Shown here in pieces: positions 51,972 to 63,755 of a DNA stretch of 63,755 nucleotides. The notes beneath the pieces were generated by a model. It was not told the origin of the DNA, ran no database searches, and worked only from the letters and a program-made list of their open reading frames with translations. A program made the translations under genes and the position numbers. Positions within the stretch are counted from its first letter, which is position 1. The number at the start of each line of letters is the position of its first letter. The stretch comes from Octopus bimaculoides. Lineage: Eukaryota. Where the stretch lies: contig NC_068990.1 in assembly GCF_001194135.2 (NCBI RefSeq), positions 58,668,302-58,732,056 of the forward strand, read 5' to 3'.

Positions 51972-53054
51972 AGCCGTTCCATCACCCCCACCACTCACCT
52001 CACCACCGTGAGTTCTATCGGTAGTAAGAGCTAGACAAAAGAAGTCAATTAAGTTATTAGTTTCCATTTAGCATCAGGAGAAATATAAAGAAGAAAACAT
52101 ATTTACGTATGAGAAACATAACTCTTGTCTTCTTTCTCCATCTCCTTTTGGGAGGAAACGAGTTTTAGGAATTACAAATTTCTTTCTGACTGTATCTTAA
52201 AATATTGAACTCATTGTTCATTATTTTCTCCCATATCACGTTTCGTAAAAACCTGCCTCCGGGATGCTATTCTACGAAGGAATAATTTATGATTGATTAC
52301 AAAACGAAAATATTGAAAATAAATAAAAACAAAATAAGAGACGCAAATAAAACGGTAAATCAACAGTTAGCCTGAAAGTGGCGTGTAGATTTGCTATTGT
52401 TTCTCCCAGAACCAGCTTTATAGAATTCTTGAGGAACAGATATTCTTGTAAGCCTACTGTTCAGATTACCAGAGGCTATCTATTTGTTTAACATCGTATC
52501 TTTTCAATACTGAAGAATATATCCGCTTTGTTGGGCTGAGTTACAGAGAAACACTAGTTCAACCAGAAAATAAGAAACTAATTAATACAGAGAGGAAAAA
52601 AAATATAAAGACACCCCGCTCTCTCTTCACAGCATCAGTGACGTTCATTCAGCTCTTTGTTGTTGTTGCTGCATTTGTAGTTGTAAACTTCAGATCAGCC
52701 TTGTTCTACTACATCAATGGCCAATTATATTCCCGCTGTCCCTCCCTGACCATCCCACTCTTTCTCCATGGCACAGAGCACCAATAAACCGTAATATTTA
52801 ACGTCCCACTTTTTTTATGACAGCCGGATCTGATCTGGTGGTTATTTGGCTGTTACTACTAGTAGGTCGAGCAACCGGGTAAAGATTAGCCTCCCCTGAA
52901 CGTGTGCTACAGTTTACAAGTGTATTTGTTATATAATCTCTTGACATTTTAAGATTTACAGTATTGTATCCACCAAGACAAATTCAAACTTTATTTACTT
53001 CTTAAGTAACATCTTGCTATCTTGCTATACTATAATTTGGATTATCTTTTATCT

Positions 53055-53233
53055 TTATCTTTTACTTGTCTCAGTCATTAGATTGGGGCCATGCTGGGGC
53101 ACCGCCTTGAAGAACTTTTAGTTGAATGAATCGACCCTAGTACTTAATTTGCTGAACCGCTTAGTTGCGGACACGCAAAAACACCAACACCAGCTGTCAA
53201 GCGGTGGTGGGGATCAAACACAGACAGAAATAC

Positions 53234-53264
<31 letters not shown>

Positions 53265-53410
53265 CGATGAGCTTCTTTCAGTTTCCGTCTACCAAATCCA
53301 CTCACAAGGCTTTGGTCAGCCCGAGGCTATAGTAGAAGACACTTGCCCAAGGTACCGCGCAGTGAGACTAAACCTGGAACTATGTGGTTGAGAACACAGC
53401 TGCGCCTGTT
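53055..53410 (-). mobile_element. SINE family A copy
   Basis: GGCCATGCTGGGGCACCGCC...GAGCTTCTTTCAGTTTCCGTCTACCAAATCCACTCACAAGGCTTTGG... Confidence 0.85.
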
Positions 53411-53441
53411 TGGTGAGAAAACAATGTAGATTAAAATATTT

Positions 53442-53443
<2 letters not shown>

Positions 53444-53510
<67 letters not shown>
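53444..53510. repeat. (TAG)n microsatellite
   Basis: Direct reading. Confidence 0.97.
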
Positions 53511-53511
<1 letters not shown>

Positions 53512-53999
53512 CTGTTATTATTGTTGTATTCAAACACTTTATATATCACTAAAAATGACTCACAGGAAATTGAACTCCCGTAATTCTACTGATGTCAGGT
53601 TCTGCTGAAGATTATAAGACGGGCATATTTCATATTCTTTACTCTTGAATCAAATGTAACAGTTTTGAAGTTAGCCTAACAAAGCAACAAAAATTCGTAA
53701 ATTTTACATTGTATGCTCTCATCCTACTGTGTGCTCTCATCACAAATTACTTAATAGTTAAATATACTAACCATGAACAAAGATCGTTACTAGTATGATG
53801 CTGATTGCAGTAAACGTCTGCCAAGAAAAGGAAGAAAAGTCCATAGTGTTTCTAGAGCAGATCATCCATACCAGGCAAATATCCTCTTGTACAATCTCTA
53901 AATAACAACTATATTTCAGTGACTGCTGTAGCTTTTTCAGATTCTTCTATTTCTGATGCTAGTAAAGCAGTTAGTGTAGAAAGCAAGACGCATCACCGC

Positions 54000-54268
54000 T
54001 GGCCCACTAGTATCCCAAGACAGGCTTCGCTGCTCGTCAATTCGAGAAAGGCAAAATGTCAAGGTATTGGCCGCTCTCTGACAGATTTGTGGTCGTGCCT
54101 ATGGTAGTGGAGACCTCTGGCGTTCTTAGCCCCGGGACTACATCTCTGTTCACGGCTATCAGGGCAGTGCTAGCCCGGTGAGTCAGCGCGTCTCTCGTCG
54201 TCCTCCGGGGCAACGCCTTTTCCATTTTGTCAACTGGGACCATGAGGCAGACTGACAAGTCTTTGTAG
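54000..54268 (+). mobile_element. C-terminal RLE fragment of a CRE-like non-LTR retrotransposon
   Basis: RKAK-(frameshift)-YWPLSDRFVVVPMVVETSGVLSPGT...*VSASLVVLRGNAFSILSTG resembles the K-Y..L...F.F.P..VET.G......QRGNA..IL ending of CRE-type ORFs. Confidence 0.65.
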
Positions 54269-54329
54269 TCAAACCTGTCGTATATGGTGTTGTTAAAATT
54301 ATTGTTCTTTCAGCAAAGGACTGCTGGAA

Positions 54330-55050
54330 AATTATGGCTTTGTTTCGACGTTCCGTTTCTTTCACTCAGGCCCATGGAATTTATTTTGTTTCTTCATGTC
54401 TACGAGCAGTCGCTTTATCACTTTGGCTGCTTCGAGTCAAGGAACTTAATCACTCGCGATTTCCAGTGCTTGCACATCGGTTGTATAGCTTTTTATAATT
54501 GCTTCTGATCTACTGCACTTTGTCTAGTAAATGGATTTCAATCGTTATTTCTACACTATACACTATCGATTCTACTGTAATGATTCTCTTCGAATACACC
54601 CAACACCGGTCGTTGATGACCACCCCGTTTGTTAATCCTGTTCTTGGTATTCCAGGTTCAGATTCAAGAAATCCGGCCCTGATAATGCGTACAAACTGTG
54701 TTGCCGAAAAGGTCACAAACTTGTGAGCTGTATACCCGACAAGCGAAAATTATGGATGCCCAAAACTCTCCTTATCCACAGACCTAATAAATACCCAATC
54801 AAGATGCGACGACGATGATCCGATGTAGTTTGTTCAATTCCACATTAGCACATTCAAGGGAATCCATTATGAAGCTGCCAGAAAACTGAGACTGCTTAGA
54901 CAGGTTTGTGAGGCTTTTACAACCACTCTCCTATCGTCTGCTCTCATACAATCTCAGCCTGAGTGAACTCATCCAGTAACTCGTTACCACTAACGAGTAT
55001 AACATTCCTAAGAGGTTTAGAGATGCCCGACGAGGTCTATCTATCCTGAC
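54330..55050 (-). mobile_element. Heavily decayed Penelope-like 3' fragment
   Basis: Minus-strand patches HKPV*...H...GIEQ...DHRRRI...WIRR and KHWKSRVIKFLDSKQPK resemble GIY-YIG C-termini; eroded CCTGAGTGAA...CGAAAC at 54340-54372. Confidence 0.3.
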
Positions 55051-55913
55051 CGGTCAGTATGATGTCACTGCATTTGTAATTGTTGACATCAAGAATCCTT
55101 AACTCAAGTCGGTGTTGAGGACGATGGTCCGCTGCCACTGCACTCGATCCCGACTAACTGAAAGATGCGTACACCTTGAAGTCATGAGTACCTGCTTCCC
55201 CTAAATCTTTACCTAGTTTATGGCTACCGCATCTAAATCTCATGACCTGGGATAAATAAGTTTGTAATTTTACTCCTAAGCTGACCGACAAATTAAATTG
55301 AAAATAAATGGGTGAGTTTATTTACCCCATCTTTAACTAAAGCAGGTAATTCAAGTTTCGAGATTTTTCGAAAGATCACCATCAGCATTGCTGAGGCGAA
55401 TTTCCTTTTGAACTCCCCTAAGTCATGTGGAATTTTCAGCAGTAAATGTTATTAGAGTAAGTGTTATTCGTGTGATGCTTTCTTTACTTCTTCGTTGCTT
55501 TGTATTACAAATGCCATCATCTTTCTGATCTATTTATCAGAGAAATGAAGATGAAACTTGAGGTAAGCGAGATTTGAACTCAGACTGTAAAGAAACAGAA
55601 TGAATAACGCAAGTCATTTCGTCCGATGTCCCAATGACGTTGCTAACTCGCCACTTGGCTGGTGTACTGTGTGGTAAGAGAACAGAGTGTAGTGGCAATT
55701 AAATTGTAGTATTGCTTGTGTTGTAATATATTTACCATCAAACTTCCTCTTGTTATTACAACGAAACCGCTAAAGGTGAGTCTCCAGAGATGGAAGCCAA
55801 CATTAACACACAAGAAATAACACGATGTACCAATGGCATATTCAAGTTAGAACAACTACCCTTAAAATTACGATAATATTCATTTTACTATCTTTTTTCT
55901 CTCACTTCTTTAC

Positions 55914-58514
<2,601 letters not shown>

Positions 58515-59610
58515 TTGTATATGTGTGGATAATCCTTTATTACACATTTTGAATGACCGCTTCTTTATTGACTTTCAATAAACATATCCTGTAGTAGCAA
58601 GAGATAAAATAAGCTTCAAAATACATATATACACACCCACGCATAAATTCACATATTTAGTTATGAATGTCAAACTAAATATCTCTTCTCTGCAAAATTT
58701 AGCTGCCGAATGTGAAGTGAACTCGATAAGAACAACAACAACAACAAGTAGAATAAGTATTGTCGGATTTTGAAACATTCAATTTGAAAGACACACCTAA
58801 ATTACAAGAATCACATACAGAGACTACGGACTCATATACACACATATACAAACACGAGCGCGCAGGCATACATACATACATACGATCTCACATACGCACA
58901 TAAACACAGATACTCACATGTCCGTAGTCGGATATAGGTTTACATAAAGATGCTGATACATGTATTATCAGAGAAGCAGTAAAATGCAGGTAATAAAACT
59001 TATCAAAATGGTAGACTATAAGCCAACGTGAAGCTATATATTCTATGTTTCAATAAAATAAGTGAAAGACAAAGAACAATCTTGAAATGATAGTGAAACA
59101 AGGAAAACATAGTTTCTAACCCTCTTAGTGTTATTCACAATAAAATGTACTAAATTTATAGCCGAGACGTAACTAATACTGATGTATTCTTCATTCTTAA
59201 TTCCATACTTTAAGGATATCCTATCTGGAAAACTAAATTATTTGAACGAAATGATTGTGAAATAAACGATAGGCGAGTCGTCCTGCTCGGCCGGCTGTTT
59301 TTCTGCGATTCACTTGGCCGTTTTGGAAATATGTTGGAAGCCATGATGTAAAATAGTCCAGATTCGCCTGGTTGAGTCATCCGATGTTTCTGCAATCGCT
59401 GCACATTTACATTGGTGATTTTCTTGATAAGTTATGGCACCAACGCTGACCAGTACTGACCAACCGCCTCCGCGCACCACTCTTACACAAAGACTCATAC
59501 GTGTGTGTGTATGTGTATGTGTGTGTGTGTGTGTGTACGCACACAGAAACAAGTACGTCTGTGTCTATGTATGTGTGTGTATGTGTGCGCATGTGTGTAT
59601 GTGTATCCAA

Positions 59611-59645
<35 letters not shown>

Positions 59646-59683
59646 GATATATATGCATACATATATGCTTGTGAGTGTGTGTG

Positions 59684-59714
<31 letters not shown>

Positions 59715-60034
59715 ATAATTACATATATACTCACATATACATCATGTGTTATATATATAAGTGTATGTATATATATAAATACACACACACACGTACATAC
59801 ATACATATATATATGTATGTGAATGTATGTATGTATGTATGTATGTATGTATGCGCCCATATATATATATATGAAACTAGGACCCAGAGAGAGAGAGAGA
59901 AAGAGAAATAGACAGACTTACAAAGACAGAAAGGGAGAAAGGAAAATGCCTAATTTATATGCAAATGCGGTCCAGTGCAATCTTCATGAAAAAGAGAACA
60001 AAACAGAGAGATAAAGAAAGAGTGTGTATGTGTA

Positions 60035-60132
<98 letters not shown>

Positions 60133-60444
60133 TCTATTAAGGAAAGTGCTACTAATTATCGTTGGAACAATCAAATTCAGCTTTTGACCTGAAAGATTAA
60201 TGATGAAATCTCAGACATCTTTTGACAACTCTGACAATTCGTTGTTGATTAATATCTTGGACTTCCTAACACGGTGCCATCTCCCATGGATTATCAAACC
60301 AATGCTGGCACTCTTTGTGAAGAAATCTAGGGCAAGTGTTCTTTACCTTATGCATTAGCCTGAAGTGGGTTAATCTTTTCCCAAAACACACAGCTGTGCC
60401 CCTTCATCCGAGTGGAAACACAGCAGTTATTAATAATCGGTTCT

Positions 60445-60635
60445 TCTAAGGCGACGAGCTGGCAGAATCGTTAGCACGCCGGGCAAAAGGCGTAGCGGCA
60501 TTTCGTTCGTCTTTATGTTCTTAGTTCAAATTCCGCCGAGGTCAACTTTGCCTTTCAGCCTTTCGAGGTTGATGTAATTGACTTAACACCACTCCCACCG
60601 AAATTGCTGGCCTTGTGCCCAAATTCGAAACCAAC
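60445..60635 (+). mobile_element. SINE family B copy
   Basis: GGCGACGAGCTGGCAGAATCGTTAGCACGCCGGGC...GTTCAAATTCCGCCGAGGTC...GAAATTGCTGGCCTTGTGCCC. Confidence 0.85.
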
Positions 60636-60905
60636 AATAGGTTCTTCATTTGAGATGTATAAACTTATGCGTATTAGTGTATTGTTATATGAGTGTTTAT
60701 GTGTGTGCAAGTGTGAAAGCATGTGTACTGACACTCCGTCGGTTACAATGATGGGTTTCCCAGTTGATCTGATCAACGGAACAGCCTAGGCTGCACGAGA
60801 AATTAACATGCAAGTGACTGAGAACTCCATAGACGCGCGTACCTTTAACGAAGTTCTTGAGGAGATTCTGGATGACACAGAATGTGACATGACTGGCCAT
60901 TTGAA

Positions 60906-61135
60906 GGCGTCGAGCTGGCACAAACATTAACGCGTGCTAAATGCTTAGCGGTATTTCGTCTGCCGCTACGTTCTGAGTTCAAATTCCACCGAGGTCGACT
61001 TTGCCTTTCATCCTTTCGGGGTCGATTAAATAAGTACCAGTTACGCACTGGGGTCGATATAATCGACTTAATCCGTTTGTCTGTCCTTATTTGTCCCCTC
61101 TTTGTGTAGCCCCTTGTGGGCAGTAAAGAAATAAA
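60906..61135 (+). mobile_element. SINE family B nested in a family C-like SINE, with 14-bp TSD
   Basis: ACTGGCCATTTGAA (60892-60905) / ACTGGCCCTTTGAA (61136-61149). The host segment 60730-60900 matches 40655-40830. Confidence 0.85.
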
Positions 61136-61953
61136 ACTGGCCCTTTGAATTACAGGTACAACTCATTTTTGCCAGCTAAGTGGACTGGAACAACGTCAAA
61201 TAAAGTGTCTTACTCAAAGACAAAATCGAGCAGCCGGGTATCGAACTCACGACCGAATACCCTAATCATTAAGCCACACCCTTTCACTTGTATATGTGAG
61301 TACTAATTTGAACATGTCCATCTCTCTATTGTTATTGTTGTGTTGTTCCTTTTGATCGAACAACTGTATAATGAAAAGCATCCCTTTTTTTTTTTTTTTC
61401 ATTTTTTCAGGTATATATTTTACCCAGGACTAATTCATTCATTGTGTCCTTACTTTATTCAAACAGAAGAGTGTGGTTTCCGGGAACTTGGTTCCTATTT
61501 TTAGCAGATCGGGCGTATACGTAGGGGATCTTTTATGTGTATTTGTGAAGTGCATGTATAGATACAATGGGCAGATAGCTAGCTAGCTAGCTGGCTAACG
61601 AGAGAGCTAGATAGACAGCCAGATAGATACTATGGAAGAAGGCAACACAAAGGAAGTCATTTAAAAAGACAGAAGGTAAAACAGATGTATGACATTCCGT
61701 GTGGGAATCTCTTTTAATCACTCCTGTTTTAGTCACCGGACTGCAGCCATGCTGGAGCACCACCTGGAAGGGCTTAGACGAACAAATCGATTCAGGAATT
61801 TTTTCTAAGTCTGATACTTATTCTATCGGTCTCTTTCGCTGAACAAGGAAGTAAACAAAGTAAAGCCGGTTGTCAAGCGGTGCTGGAGGACAAACACAAA
61901 TACACACACACGCATGCATATCATTGTCAACTGTGGAACACGAATCTCACTAC

Positions 61954-61995
61954 ATAAACCTGATGATTGCGTAATGCACGAAAGTACTAGTTTAT
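61954..61995 (+). ncRNA. Minimal type I hammerhead ribozyme motif
   Basis: ATAAAC-CTGATGA(61960-66)-T-TGCG/taa/TGCA-C-GAAA(61980-83)-palindrome AGTACT(61983-88)-A17(61989)-GTTTAT. The 10.1-11.1 pair is U.C instead of G-C. Confidence 0.65.
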
Positions 61996-62118
61996 TTCAA
62001 TATTATAAAGTTATAAATAAAAAAATGTGAAAATCAGATTTAGTTGGAACTTCATTGATCAATATATTCTTCTTTACGCAATCAGACAAACTGGGATATA
62101 TGTAACATATGGTATAAT

Positions 62119-62473
62119 TATAAACAGGGAAAATTTTAGCCATTTCTCCGAAGACTGAAAATAATAGTGAACGACATTAATCGATTTTCGAACCTTATTG
62201 GGTTCGAATCAGATGCGTTTACTTCATTCTGACAGTCTCCAGTGAACCAAACAGCCAAACTGTTTATATACTCAACAAATGCAGCAGTTACTCTATGAAG
62301 GAGTTCCTAATTTGCATACCGAAAGTGTTTAACACTCTATAAATACCAAAGGCCTGTCAGTGGGTATCTTATCCCACACAGTATCAAGGTATAAACAGGG
62401 CAACTTTTAGCCATTTCTCCACAGATTGTAAAACTGATGAACAACTTTAATCCATTTTCGAAACTTATTGGGT
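62119..62473. repeat. Diverged direct repeat, two ~85-bp copies 271 bp apart
   Basis: TATAAACAGGG.AA.TTTTAGCCATTTCTCC...TTAATC.ATTTTCGAA.CTTATTGGGT at 62119-62203 and 62390-62473. Confidence 0.75.
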
Positions 62474-62722
62474 GGTCATCACACGCACACGTAAAGGGTT
62501 TCTACTTCAAAACAATTTCTGTTTACGAAATTCACTCACAAGAAATTTGTCAGTTCAGAGGTATAGTTGAAGGTACTTGCTCAGAGTGTTGCGTTGTAGA
62601 ATTGAACTCGGAACTTCATGGTAATGGAAGCAAATTTCTTAACCAAACAGCCTCGCCTGCGCCTGTGAAAATATGTGCAAGTAATCTTACATAATGATAT
62701 AGCAAAAGCCACTGACATACAA

Positions 62723-62781
<59 letters not shown>

Positions 62782-62969
62782 NNNNNNNNNNNNNNNNNNN
62801 NNNNNNNNNNNNNNNNNNNNNNNNNNNNNNNNNNNNNNNNNNNNNNNNNNNNNNNNNNNNNNNNNNNNNNNNNNNNNNNNNNNNNNNNNNNNNNNNNNNN
62901 NNNNNNNNNNNNNNNNNNNNNNNNNNNNNNNNNNNNNNNNNNNNNTATATATATATATATATATATATA

Positions 62970-63210
62970 TCACGGTATCTCAGTGGTTAGAGCATCAGTT
63001 CACAATCACGAGGTAGTGAGTTCGATTTCCGGACTGTTCTTGAGCAAGACATTTTATTTCCCGTTGCTCCAGTTCACTCATCTGTAGAAATGAGTTGTGA
63101 CGTCACTGGTGCCAAGCTGTATCTGCCATTGCCTTTCCCTTGGATAACATTGATGGCGTGGAGAGGGGGAGGCTGATATGCATAGGTGACGCAGTGTGGT
63201 GAACGATGTG
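62970..63210 (+). mobile_element. tRNA-derived SINE
   Basis: CTCAGTGGTTAGAGCATCAG...GAGTTCGATTTCC...TTGAGCAAGACATTTTATTTC...GCTCCAGTTCACTCA. Confidence 0.7.
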
Positions 63211-63713
63211 GATTGTTGGCAATTTCTTTCCATTCACCTTCCTTTTCTTTTGGACTTTCCCCTATCTCCTGTTTCTGAAGAAAGTTACCAATTTTGCCCC
63301 ACTTACCAATCATCACAACATTTTCCATGCCTTGTGTATCTTGGACAACAATATCCAATGTGCCTTTCTTTTAAGAAGGAAGAGTGTGATTAGCTCGTTC
63401 CTATTTCTAGCAGGTCGAGAAGTTACGCAAAGGTTTTCTTGGGTGACATCGACGGCAAAATAAAAATGCTCGAGTCAAATGTCAAAAACTAGTTACGTGT
63501 TCATACGTGGCCATTAAAACTTTCTTCTACCAATAAAAAGCTTTCTCAAGATACTGTCACATGAAAACCAGAGAACTAGCGTTTTTGTTGGTAGGTGATT
63601 TTTGAGGATGGTTATGACAGATACCAGTTGTTAGAAAGAGAATGGTTTACCATATAATTGTTTTTGAGAAAGATTTTCATGTGGCTGTGATAGACATTCA
63701 CATATATTCACAG

Positions 63714-63755
<42 letters not shown>

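Noticed and set aside
55025-55070. CCGACGA-GGTC/GACC-GGTCAGTA hammerhead-like remnant, and the nearby 8-bp hairpin ACTCGTTA/TAACGAGT (~54979-98)
   Set aside because: Core U4 is changed, GAAA is absent and stem I does not pair; at best a dead remnant.
59345-59395. Minus-strand CGGATGA...GAATC motif
   Set aside because: Several core substitutions and weak stems.

Overview
Eukaryotic, AT-rich, repeat-saturated scaffold segment with about 23 N-gaps (roughly 8 kb of N), most of them flanked by microsatellites. The SINE families and the (TA)/(CA)/(TATG)/(GATA) microsatellite load resemble an octopus genome; this is inferred from repeat style, not proven. No intact protein-coding gene is supported, and almost all ORF-track entries are microsatellite or gap artefacts. 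DNA transposon relics: a full-length mariner (11203-12531), a pogo/Fot1-like element, a full-length Tigger-like element (29862-32180), Tc1 and Tc3 fragments, and a second mariner with an internal inversion. Retroelement relics: a 5'-truncated R4/Dong-like RLE retrotransposon with scattered 3'UTR copies, a CRE-like RLE fragment, three decayed Penelope-like (PLE) fragments and many tRNA-derived SINEs. There is also a 180-bp foldback element. The main hidden signal is RNA structure: several unrelated type I hammerhead ribozyme motifs. The best (46924-46995) has a perfect core, a palindromic stem III and a long extended stem I. Others lie at 29120-29180 and 61954-61995, and a two-copy family with a non-canonical CUGUYGA core lies at 5869-5900 and 8758-8794.
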